DNA of 64,000 bases from Callorhinchus milii (Eukaryota): positions 122,018,001 to 122,082,000 of the forward strand of contig NW_024704742.1 of assembly GCF_018977255.1 (NCBI RefSeq), read 5' to 3'. Under the pieces are notes generated by a model. The model was not told the origin of the DNA, searched no databases, and saw nothing but the letters and a program-made list of their open reading frames with translations. This document shows, piece after piece, positions 49,341 through 61,798 of the stretch (position 1 is the first letter of the stretch; every line of letters begins with the position of its first letter). The position numbers and the translations under genes were made by a program.

Positions 49341-51042
49341 GACTGGACGGGACAGGACGGGACTGGGGGCGGAGTGGGGTGTCTTGCACCAGTGGAGGCT
49401 CCTGTTGCGTGCCAGGTTTCTCAGGGCTAACCCCTCACCCCAGTGGGACTACTACCCTGATAACCAGGCCCTCCAAAGGCACTTCCTACCATAAGCAGGT
49501 CCCGTGACAGCGTTTTTCCCGACGGACAAATCCACCTCTACCTTTCTCCACTGCAACCCCAAATTCCATTACTTTGTAAAGCAAGAAGGCACGCTCATCC
49601 TCCCACTGATGGGGTGGGACTGATGGATATTGTACCGACATGGTCTGTAGTTGTTTGGTGGTGTGATTTCCCTGCATGTTTGTGCAGTTTCCTGGAGTGT
49701 TTGGGCAGGGCGAAACATTAGGCAAGTTTCCTTACTCTACACACCACCACCAACAACAACAACTTGGATTTATATAGTGCCCTCCACGCCGGATGGCGTC
49801 TCAGGGCAATTTACAGTTTAGGATCCCGGGATCCACTGTTCACCTAACAGTAAGTAGGAACCCAGTTGTTGGCCGATCAGTGGATCGCTTGTCCGGTGGT
49901 AATAATCCCTTCAAATTTTTGTTTAAAAAAATAATAATTTGGGCATTTAATCCAAGAATCTTTGTGGGACACTGCTGTATGCAATTAGCTACCGCATTTC
50001 GTCCACAAAATATACATTCATTTCAATTTACAGTATATTCTGTGAAGCGTTTTGAGATGTCATAAGGCGCTTTCTCAAATGAAAGGATTATTATTATAAG
50101 GAACAAAAACAGAAGTCAGTGGGAACACTCAGCTGGTCAGGCAGCATCTATGGAGAAAGGAAAGTGAATCAACCTTTTGGCTCCACGACCCTTCGTCAAT
50201 AATAATTTGGTCACTCAATCCACGACACGGCTGTACGCAATTGGCTGCCGCGTTTCTCTCACAAAATATACATTCACTTCAAAGTATATTCTGTGAAGTG
50301 CTTTGAGACATCTTGAAGACGTGATAAGTCACTATATCAAACTTTACAACAGCATGTATCAAATGCAAGGATTATTATTATTTGTCACTGAAACAAAAAG
50401 GGAACTCATTAAGAATATACCAGTTGTATCTTCCAATTAATTAGACCTTGTAACTGAAAAAAAACTGTTTTCACCGCTCTGTGAAACAGTCAGTCTGTCG
50501 TAATGTTCTTGGAGTGAGTCCTCATGTCCAAATCAATGAAGTTGGGCTCCTTCTTGAAAGTGAGGAGTAATAGGAAGCTATAGGTCAGGTGCTTCATCTC
50601 GAATTCTCTACAGGATATTAATTTGGTAACAGTGCATCACTTTCCCTTGTTTATAAATGAATCTGGCTGTTTCTCAGGAGTAGGTTTATTCTGTAGTTTA
50701 TTCTTAGGAATAAAGCTCAATCCAATTTTATTCAGTAAAACTGATAGCATATTTTCATAGGAGTGATTATTCAATGGACTGTGAGCCAAAGGTATTGTGC
50801 CTGAGACAATAGAACAATGATTGTTTTCCTGTGTTCCTGTTTTCACATCATTCATTGTGGATTGAAAACCTATTTGCATATCTCTTAACCATGAGTATTT
50901 TGAACAAAATCTCATCCAGACATTAGAGATAGAGATCTTATCCTGGCTCTTCGGGAGATTGAAATGTTTCTTGCAGAGTAAATGTATCTGCATCTGTGGG
51001 AAGATCTATGATTTGGAACGTTGGGAGAAAACAGAGAACACA

Positions 51043-51485
51043 ATAATAATAATAATAATAATAATCCTTGCATTTGATATAGCGCTTTTCACATCGGGAG
51101 GACGTCCCAAAGCGCTTCACAGAATATACTGTAAAGTGAATTGACTGTATATTTGTGGGCGAAATACAATACAATACAAAGTTACATTTGTAAAGCGCCT
51201 TTCACACCAGGAAGATGTCCCAAGGTGCTGAACAGTTGGGTATTAGGACCCGAGCAGGGGTGGAGTGGGCCGAGGGGTTGGGATCAGGGAGGGAGGAGGG
51301 CAGAGAGGATGGCTGAAGGCACAGTCAAAGAGGTGGATCTTGAGGTGTGCCTTGAAGGAGGCAAGGGAGGGAGCAAGGCGAAGGAAATGTGGGATGGAGT
51401 TCCAGAGGGTGGGGGCATAGAGGCTGAAGGCCCAACCTCCGATGGTGGGGCGGGCCGGGCGGGGGACATGGAGCCTGCTGAGGTA
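51043..51485 (-). mobile_element. Young SINE 3' end (51043-51162) abutting an L2 3' fragment (~51165-51485)
   Basis: (TAA)n plus the SINE tail, then L2 3' UTR and ORF2-end homology. Confidence 0.85.
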
Positions 51486-51774
51486 AAGAATGTGGTAATT
51501 CTAACATCAGCAGATCAGAGAAGCATGTGCCCTATTCATCCTGTTGATGCTATTATTATTAATAACATTAACCCTAACCCTAATAAATTAATAAACATTA
51601 ATTAATTAATTAATTATTGATGCTATTCCTGTTTCGTGCTATTAATCTGTCTGCCCTTTGATGTGGACTTCTATTCCTCCCTTTCACTAAATTCATTGTT
51701 AGACTGCTTTCTTGGAAGCAGCTGCTGTTCACCTAGTCAGCTTGTTGCGCATCAGCATAAGTTATAATAAATAA

Positions 51775-52400
51775 TACTTTAAAATAGTGCCTTATCATCT
51801 CATCAAAACGTCTGAAAGCACTTCACCGGATTTTATGGTAAATTGCAGTGACAGTATATTTTGTAGGCATAGGTCAGCCTATTTACGCACAGACATAATA
51901 ATCCTTGCATTTGATATAGCGCTTTTCACGTCGGGAGGATGTCCCAAAGCGCTTCACAGAACACACTGTAAAGTGAATTGACTGTATATTTGTGGGCGAA
52001 CGCGGCAGCCAATTGCGCACAGCAATGTCCCACAAACAGTCGTAGATTGAAAATGACCAATTTATTATTGTTTTGGGTTTTGGAGGGATTATTATTAGGC
52101 GTGTGGAGTAAGCACGTCTCATGAAGTGAGAGGTCAATTTTATCTGTGGATTGTTGGCCAGGACCCTGGGAGAAATTCCCTTTTCTTTTAAATTATGCCA
52201 TGGGATATTTAACATCCACCAGAACAGACAGACATAATTTGAATTGATATCTTAATTAAAGGATGGTACCTCCCACAATGCAGCAAACCGCAAGCACTCC
52301 ATTAGAATGTCATCTTAAACTATGAAGCCCTGAAGTGGGGCTTGAACCCATAAACCTCCAGACTCAGAGACAAGAAAGCTATCAACTGAGCCAACATGAC
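51775..52400 (-). mobile_element. Older Deu SINE interrupted by a young 5'-truncated SINE (51896-52111)
   Basis: The inner copy is near-identical to 46335-46570. Outer Deu SINE segments resume on both sides. Confidence 0.85.
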
Positions 52401-52974
52401 ACAAATTGAGCAAAGCCTGACTAGACCTTGTTTAATACCCATGTGTTTTATAGGCTAGTGTACTTAAAAAAAAGTATTATTCCACTGTTTGCAATGATCC
52501 AATGTGATTTTCTCACTATAGATTAATCAAGCTCAAGTCTTTTTTCAGAGAAGCGATCTGATGCTACTCCAGTGCTTCATGTTCCTTTGGTTCCCAATTG
52601 GTGCAAAGACGTCATTGGAAACTCGTATTTTAAGTTTAAACTGTTCCCAGGTGTTCCATTGAACTGCTCCTCAGGTTTACAGCATTATTAAAAAGTTAGC
52701 AGGACAGCCAGTTCTTTATTGAAATTTGGGTGCCAGTTTAGTGGAGCTCTGCATAATGTGCCATGCGCACATTGGTCTGCAAGCACAGAGCTCTGCTTAA
52801 TTTTCACTCAGCCAAGGTAACAACCATGGGAGTTGGCAATCTAATGTTGTGCTTCTGGCTCTACTACAACAACTGTGTCCATTTGGTGCCTACAGTAGGG
52901 CTGCCTGTGTCTTTACTACCAGCAACTGACCTTATTATCCCAAGTCACACATAGTGAGTCACAGTCAGATAAGT

Positions 52975-53395
52975 ATTGGCCTGGCTCAGTTGGTAATATT
53001 CTCACCTTTACGTCTGCAGCTTGTGGGTCCAAGCGCCACGTTGGGAGTTTGAGCTCATAGTCTAAGTTGACACTCCGTTGCAGTCCTGTGGAATTGTTGT
53101 GCAGTCGGAGGTGCTGGCCTTTGGAAGAGATATTAAACCAAAGTCCTCCCTGTCTTTTCAGACGAACATTAAAGATCACTTTTCAAAAAGGAAAGGGAGC
53201 TTCCTTCTGGTGTCCTGGTCAACGATCCTCTAGATAAAAGAATGGCCATTCACTTCATAGTTGTTGTGCGATATTGCTATGTACAAATTGGCCGCCGAGT
53301 TTGTCCACAAATACACAGACACTACACTTTACAGAAAGCTCTGTGAAACACTTAGACATTTCAACATAGTAAGGTAAATGCAAGGCTTATTATCA
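52975..53395 (+). mobile_element. Older Deu-domain SINE
   Basis: Head GGCCTGGCTCAGTTGGTAATATTCTCACC, Deu core and tail. Confidence 0.75.
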
Positions 53396-53949
53396 TTGTG
53401 CAATTATTTAGCTTCTTTCTTTGGCCTAAAAATGCATTTCCTTATATAAAACAATCATTATCCTTACAGTAATTATTTGCGAATTGCCTTGAAAGTATGG
53501 ATGTTGTAAGCGACTATACAAAGAAAAGTTAGTTTGTTCAAATTAAGTATCCTTAAATATAGCAATGTTTTAGTGGCATGTGTTGTGGGCATTCGTATGG
53601 TGTTAAATTGAACTCCTATTGTAAGCTTTGGTGAGAATTCTCCATTTGGTGAAGATTTATTACGACCACTGAGGGTGTTCTCAGCGTGTCTCTGTATGGA
53701 ATGTGACTTCCGATATTCACCACCCAATGCAGTCTAGTTCAGAAGTTCCATTTAAGGTCGCTCTTCAGATAATACTCTTTTCGTTCACTCAGTCCACGAC
53801 TGTTTGTGGGACACTGCTGTGCGCAATTGGCTGCCGTGTTTCGCCCACAAAATACACAGTCACTACACTTGATAGTATTTGACGACGTGTTAAGGCGCTA
53901 TATCAAATGCAAGGATTATTATTAACTATTAAGTCAAAGATTTTAACCA

Positions 53950-54290
53950 TGCTTTTTACGCTTTTTGGTGCCCTCTCTCCCACGAATCGCCAACCCATTT
54001 TATTGACAGTCCCGAGCCAATTACCACTGGTTTAGCTAGCCACTGATGTATAATCGTGTTACTTTTGACACTCCTCAACATCAGTTTATAAAGTAGTCTC
54101 TCATGGGCTATTTTCTCCAAGGCCTTTTGGAAGTCTACATTCACTAGTCTGAGTCATACGACTTCCCTTTGTCAAATCAGGATGTTGCCTCTTCAAAAAA
54201 GCCTGTGAGATTAGTTAGACCTGATATATCTTTTCTGAAGCCGTGTTATCTGTCAATTGTTAGATTGGGTGCAGCTGTGTTATGCTGTAA
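53950..54290 (-). mobile_element. Degenerate CR1 reverse transcriptase fragment
   Basis: LTNLTGFFEEATS...VDFQKALEKIAHERLLYKL resembles the CR1 RT motif LTNL..FFEE...YLDFQKAFDKVPH.RLL.KL. Confidence 0.75.
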
Positions 54291-56776
54291 ATTCCTTAAG
54301 TGGAAGTAGACTAAATCTTTAATTGATATGTGGCAACGTAACATGTTATTAAAGGATAGTGGATCCTAAAAGCTGCCAGTCAGAGAGAGAATAAAATAAC
54401 TTTTGAGGTGTCTTATCACTTTGAAACATCACAAAGCACTTCACTGGTAACTAGTGTAATCTTCATGACCTTTTATGTAGGCAAACCCAACGTCCATTTT
54501 GTTCAAAGACAGCAGTGATCAGTTTGATGATTGTCGACCAGATCACAGAGAATGACTCCCTTCTTTTTTGAATAGTGATATTGGATCTTAAATTTTAAAC
54601 CTGAAAAACGGGCAATCAAAGTTTCCATTTTGACTTTGATGGTACCTCTGTCTCAACAGTACACTGGGGTGTCAGCCTAGGCCCTAAACTATGAGCTCAA
54701 GTCTTGATCTTCTGACCAAGAGGCGAGAATGCTATCAGCTGAGTAAAGCTGATACCCACAATAGATAATACATTTGGTGTAGTGCCCTTCATGTTGGGAA
54801 AATATCTAAAAACGCTTCACAGGATATACTGTAAAGTGCAGTGACTATATTTTGGAGAGGAACACAGCATCCAATTTCCAACCATGAAGTGAATGACAAA
54901 TTTTATCTGGGGATTTGGCATCATGAAACTCCCTTCACTTTTGGATAACGCCATGGGATCTTTAACGTCCACCTGAACAGACCTCGGTTTAATGTGTCAT
55001 CTGGAGTTTGGCATGTCCAACTGTGCAGACTCCCCCAGCACTGTATTGGAATCAGTTGAGACTATGGGCTGTACTACATGTGGTGTTTTGGTCAATGCTG
55101 TTCGTATCTGCGCACTGATCTTTCTCTAACATTTTTCAGAAGATGTTATCCTTCCTTTTCAACAGTAGAACACTGTTGTGCATTGTTCATAATTGTGGCC
55201 ATTTGAGACGGAATAAATCTCTGGGCTCGCCTTCAATGTTGGTTGTATATTGCTCCCATCGTGTGGGAGGAGAATATATAAAAAGGCTAGCCAGTAGGAC
55301 ATCATGCCAGATAAAACTCATGGTGGATAAATAGCATGCCAACTACACTTGGTTAAAGACAATATTAATAAAGAAAGTTCCTTCGTGCTTTTGTTCTTGT
55401 GTTTATTTTGGCAACAGATATGATTCAAATAAGGGAATAGGTCACCACAGAACAAAACATATAAAACTGCCTGGAATCTGCCCCAAAAAGCTGTAACGTG
55501 CACAATATTATGTAGGCCTGAGGCTCTAGCAGTACTCCAACATACACTCTGGGGTCCCCAAACCTTGGTACTCACCAACCTGTGTCTGATATACTCCAGA
55601 ATTAGCTAAGCAGGGAGAGAGTGTTTCAATATGTGCCAGGCACCCAGCGGACAGACCAAAATCAATTAAAGGAATTAATTTAACGTATGTACAGTAGTTT
55701 GTTTGTTAAATCTACCCATTTTTATTAGACGTACAGCAAGCTAAGCTGTGGGTTTTTCTGCTTATGTTAGCAACTTGCCTCAGTTTGTTTTTTACTTAAT
55801 TGAAAGGGTAATCACATTGCCAGTGTATATATTAGTTTGTGCCGTGCTGCCACTGCCTCACTGCAGAGTAATTTATTTCAGTGTCATTTAATGAAGCCAA
55901 TCCTGCTGGAATGGATTCAGAATAGATTGTTAGCTATTAATTACTAGAAATCCTTTTATCATTTAACATGAATCAGTATGAACGATCTGAGTCAGTGGTT
56001 CCTTTTGCTGTTGTACATAACCTAGGTTTATAAAGCATTCAATATTTGCTATTCTGCAAAGGTGGCTTACACAAAAAAAATTGCAGGGTTCAAATACGTA
56101 CTTGTGTATTGCAAATCTGTCGTTAAAATGCTTTCAGTAACTATTAGCAATTCTGGTCTCTCTTGCTGCTGTTTATCTCACAAGAGGAGTTGCATTTTCT
56201 CTCTTCTCCAGCAGATGTTCAGGCCATAAATAAAGAAGTACACAGCAGGACACTGGCCCATTCACTGTAATATTTGTTGTCTGTGACCTGCAGGTGTCTG
56301 CTTTTTATGTGCCAGCATGCGGCTAGATTTGTGTACAACTGAAGGACTTTGCCGTATTATGAACGATCCATTCTGTGAGCTGTTATTTCCTTTACCTCAC
56401 AACAATGTAACCATTCAAGAAAGGTTTCTGCTGAGTAAAACTTAAAGAGCACGAAACAAAAGGGGATTTTTGTACCCGAAACCTGTGGATTTAGAAATGA
56501 ATATGCAGACAGTTGTTTTCCAAAGTACTATTCAATCTGATCATTGTTTTTACAGAAATGTTTTTCTTGTTCGAGCTACACCTTCAGTCAGTAACACTAG
56601 CGGTGACTTATGTTTGATGTATTGTTCAAAAGTGCTGAATAAAAGGGGTGCACATCAAGACATGAGGTCAGGCTAGGCTGACACTCCAGTTGGGTGCATT
56701 GAATGAAGTGCCATCCCTCAGAAATGTTGAACCGAGGACCCATCTGTCCATATCAGGTGTTAAGATTAAAGATTGT

Positions 56777-57103
56777 GGAGTCCTGTAGCTCAGTGGTTAG
56801 AGCACTCGCTTTGTAAGTGAGAGACCTGAGTTCAATTCCAGCAGGGCGAAACCTTGGGCAACTTTCCTTACTCCGCACGCCTAATAATAATCCCTCCAAA
56901 AAACCAAAAACAATAATTTTAAAAATTGGTCATTTTCAATCTACGACTGTTTGTGGGACATTGCTGTGTGCAATTGGCTGTCGCGTTCGCCCACAAATGT
57001 ACAGTCAATTCACTTTACAGTGTGTTCTGTGAAGCGCTTTGGGACGTCCTCCCAACGTGAAAAGCGCTATATCAAATGCAAGGATTATTATTATTATTAT
57101 TAT
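56777..57103 (+). mobile_element. Young full-length SINE (short subtype) nested with an L2 tail inside an older Deu SINE (~56665-57390)
   Basis: Intact head and (TTA)n tail, followed by an L2 tail at 57104-57162. The TAAAGATT direct repeat flanks both pieces. Confidence 0.93.
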
Positions 57104-59006
57104 AAGCGCGCTGAGACATGACCCTGCGTGGAGGGTGCTATATAAGTGCAAGTCGTTGTTGCTAAAGATTCCCTGGTACTACTCAAAAAGATGTTTCCAG
57201 CCAACTATCACCCAGATAAAATTGGTCATTCACTTCATTTACTGTTTGTGGAACATTGCAAATGTGTAAAATGTCTGTTATGTTTGCCACCAAATACATA
57301 GTCACCACATTTACAGTAAAAATCCCATGAAGTGCTTGAGACATTTCAACAATATGATAAGGTGCCACATCACATGGAAGGATTATTTTTTCATTATATA
57401 TTTTCCGTTGGGTGCATTCTGGGCCATTTAGTACTGGAATAAAAGCAATGTTGTTTTCTCAATTCCATCAATAAAAGCAATGTTATTTTTATTTCTTCGT
57501 AGCACTGTCTCAGCCCATTATGCACTGGGCATCTAACCTCTCCCCCGCATGAAGGGACAGAGAGCTACAGTTTGAGCCTGTAACCTAGTATCAATACAAA
57601 GGAAACTAAAATGCTACAGCACAACAAATCTAGCTTTATTCGATGCCTTTAGATTACATATGAAACAAAACTCAGAAGTGCATTTCTAAGGCAGCAAGAT
57701 AAGAGTTGAAGTGCCAAGATGCAGTACTTAAAGTGGGTGGAAAGGAGGTTCATGGTAGGTGAGAGCTTTCTCCAACTGACTTTTATGAATTTTTAGAAGT
57801 TTATCTTACTGATGCTTGTTTCCATCTTCCACACAAAGGCTTTGCTTCTGCAGTCTCAGTAGTACAATAAATTATGATTCCTGGCATGCCTTGGGGAACA
57901 GAGGAAATTGTGTTTAGTGCAAACATAAAGTCTTGCAGAGTGGTTATCAATATAAACGGCAAAATGAAGCCCCAAATCTGCTTGTATCCCTTTCTGTCCT
58001 TACTGTGGATAAACAGCACGGTTTGTGGTGATGTGTTCGTCAAGGAGTCACAGCAGTCGAAACAGGATTCCCATAAATCCTACTCTTTAAAGGCAAACTT
58101 GCCATTCTGTGTTATACAAAATATTGTGTATACACAGAAATGTGTAGTAAATACACAAATCCATCCAGTTTACACTGGTTTAAATGCTACCATTAGGAAC
58201 GTTATGGCATTCCTTTAACTCTTTCCTTATGTAAATTAAGGAGCACTACATTTTACATACATTTTACTCCTTTATTTCTAACTTATAATTCTATTGGTCC
58301 ATATAATAATTAAGATAAATATGGACCTCCAAAAACTATTAAGTAGCACCCAATTTAATAATCCAGAAAGGAAAAATAAAATAATTGGCAGAAACAGTTG
58401 ATTTCCACTGTCTTTCACTTAATGTCCTGCTCCTGTGATCCTAGAATTCATCATTTTAGTTACAATTGCTAGACAAAACTGTGTTTAAAGGCCAATGTGG
58501 ATTATTTTCCTACCAGTTGTAATTATCTGAGGATGGTGTTACTGCCAATGGTAATTCTATCACCTACAAGGGATCTAAAAGGGAAAGTGACAAAGTGGTC
58601 AAATCAGCAACCAGGTTTACCCTATTAGTTTAGCTATTCCTCCCATTAGTGGAGTCAAGCTGTTAAAAGCTGACCTTGCAGAGCTAAACCCATTAGGAAA
58701 AAAAGGATTGACGCAGGATATGAATATGATCCAGGTCTTTATTTGATTTAGAATGAGAGGCACAGATGATAGAGGTGGAAGCAGGCTATTTGGAATTAAT
58801 AAGAACGAAAGAAGACCATTTTGTTCACCTTCCACCATCCTGGCAGTCGCTTGACATGTTGTTAATGTTAGTGACATGCCATTAGCGTATAAACCTTTGA
58901 ATAACCTTCTTAAGTCACCGATTCTGTACGTTCTCACACAATGAGGAAAAATTATCTTCATAGTGAAAGCTGTTCAGAATCATTTTAACTGTTACTGTTT
59001 ACTATT

Positions 59007-59318
59007 GGAGCCCTGTAGCTCAGTGGTTAGAACACTCGCCTTGCAAGTGAGAGATCTGGGTTCGATTTCCAGCAGGCCAAAATCTTGGGCAAGCTTCCTT
59101 ACTCCACCCTCCTAATAATAATCCCTCAAGAAAAAAAATAATAAATTGGTCACTTCAATCCATGACTGTTTGTGGGACACTGCTGTGTCAATTGGCTTCT
59201 GCGTTTCGCCTACAAATATACAGTCAATTTACTTCACAGTATATTCTATGAAGCGCTTTGAGATGTCTAGAAGACATGAAAAGCACTGTAAAAAATGCAA
59301 GGATTTTTTAAATTATTA
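59007..59318 (+). mobile_element. tRNA-Deu SINE, intermediate age
   Basis: GGAGCCCTGTAGCTCAGTGGTTAGAACACTCGCCTTGCAAG head and the GAGATGTCTAGAAGAC tail variant. Confidence 0.9.
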
Positions 59319-61639
59319 TTTGAATTAGATTGTGAGTTTCCTGAAAGCCTCAGATGGAAGCAGATTATTTGAGTTAGACTGAGAGGCTCATTTGATGTGT
59401 TAGACTGTGAATTAGACTGAGAGTTAGATTGAGAGGCACAGATAAATGGATGATGGGGACAGAAGCGGGCTATCGTGAGTTGGACTGTGAGATCAGAACT
59501 GGAGGATGTGACTGTGAAAATGAAAAGGCTCAGACAGGATTAGAGATAAGATTTTTTCCCCCAAAGGAGTAGAAATGTAGAATAGACTCTTAGTGAAAGC
59601 AGTTGATGTCAAGATGATTATCTCTTGAAAAAATACGTCAAGATATGGGTTTGAGAATAGAAATGGAGAATTTGGGAATGGGTGATGAATGAGGTGAACA
59701 AAGGTTCCATGAGAAGCAATGAGTTCTGTGCTACTGGGCTGTATTTTGGAAACATCATGTTTGATTTGGAAGCATTTTTTGCAATTTTAAAATATTACTG
59801 CCAAATTAAGTTTGAATTGAATTTTTCTAAATGCTGCAGAATCTAAGACGATAGCCCAAAGTTAAGGCTGTGAGAAATGTTGAATCACAGTTGTTAATAC
59901 TGGTTTTATGCAGATGGAAGAATGTTACAGAGCTTTTACTCGATTGACTTTGGGGTTCAGGGAGTTTCCAATAAACTGTGTTTCAGCCTGACTCACTGGC
60001 GGCACCACATAGTGGCTGAGGTGAAGACCATAATGGGATAGGTTTTTGCATATCTTGTGGAGGGAATTGGCCTGACAGTAAAGCAGGATTAGTTTCAAGT
60101 GAACTTTATAGTCATGTTATGTCAGCTGAAACAGCTTGTCAGTTAGAATCTGCCAACAGAAACCATCAAATGCAAGTTCCACACAGAAAGATGAATGTAA
60201 CAAAGGTTCATATTTCACTCTGTTATATTTAAATTCACTTGTTCAACCATGACCACATCCTGTTCTCCTTACATTTCAAAGAAAATGGTTGAACACCACA
60301 CAAGGTGCAATGTCAGCAATCTGAATTTACGTTGCGAGACAAAGTGGAGTTTGGTTAAAAAGTAGGACTGAACAAAGCAACTCAGGTTTATGTTTCTGGT
60401 TTGGTTTAGAACTGAACAGAACTTATAAACCCAGAAAGAGCCTCAAAGTGAGTTTTAAGCTTCCTCACCACAAACTGAAGTGTTTAAAGGATTGATTGAT
60501 ACTTAAAACTAAGGGTATGAATGCAAATGGAGAAGAGTGAAATGGGATAACAAATATATATGTTTTGGGATATGTACTTGAAAAAGAAACATTTGCAAGA
60601 CTATTCGGGGACATGGGACTAATTGGAAAGCTCTTTCAAAAAGTGGGAACAGTCACAATGGACTGAATTGTCTCCTTCTATGCTGTAAGATTCTATGATT
60701 CTATAAGTGATAAAATAGTGAAGAAAGTGAGGCTGACCAACTGCTCCATCGCTATAATCCTAAATTCCGATTCCTGCTTGAATTTTCCAAGATAGGAAAT
60801 ATTCTCCACAGGAATTCTGAAGATCGACACCTGAGTCCATGAATCAGGCTCCGGGATACTATCCTGTGTGAAGGGTTCTATACACATAAAAGTTGTTGTT
60901 GAATCAGTAGCAGGAAGGAACAAAGTAAGAAGGAAAAGGAAAGGATAGCAGAGATGATGTTACACAGAGCGTTGTTGCAGTGTGGAATCTCTTAACACAG
61001 ATTGTCTGTTGAAGCTGAGATAATTACAGCAATTAAAAGGGAATTAGATAATTTCCTCCCCCCAGCTTGGGTGCCCAGTCAGCTGTGAGATGTTCCCCCA
61101 ATGTGTGAGGTGCAATATAAATGTAAATTATACTGTTAATGAGGATAAATAATAAAGAATACAGGGTACAGGATTGGAGCAGAAGATAACTCCTGTGAAG
61201 TTGCCCAGATAAGATGAGGTAATATGGTCTGGATGGCCTCATTCTGTGTTGTACACATTTGGTGATTTACTTCAGTGATTATTTGAGTTAGTCAAATACC
61301 ACCTTCAATGTCTGAGACCAAACAAGATGTGGATTTGTGGTAAAAAGGGGAAGTGACTGCAGGGAGAGGGCTCTAGACAACACGGAGCTTTCTCTCAGCA
61401 TCCTGGAAACAAACTCTGCTTCATGGTGGGGATGTATATTTGCCAAAGACCCTCACATTAGGGCATGGATTAAGGTGTTGGTGTTGAGTAAACCTAGTAC
61501 CTGGCAAAGACTTAGATCTCTAGAACATGAAGGTGGCTGGCATGTTCATAGGGTGGCTGGGGGGTATCTTTCATTTACAAATACCCATTGTCATGCTAAA
61601 GAGTCTCCAAAACCAGACTGAGTATTCCACATATGTATA

Positions 61640-61798
61640 CTCTGTCTCACACCGCAGGCTGCCAAGACCCTCATACACACATTCGTAACATCCAGGCTTG
61701 ACTACACAAACTCCCTGCTTGTCGGCCTCCCCAACTCTTCCCTCCATAGGTTGCAGATCATCAGAACTCTGCAGCCTGTGTCCTCTCCTGCACCAGGG
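61640..61798 (+). mobile_element. L2 internal fragment
   Basis: Encodes AKTLIHTFVTSRLDYTNSLLVGLP. Confidence 0.85.

Noticed and set aside
51568..51620. Telomere-like TAACCCTAACCCTAA within an AT-rich stretch
   Set aside because: Only about two units in low-complexity sequence, too little for an interstitial telomere.
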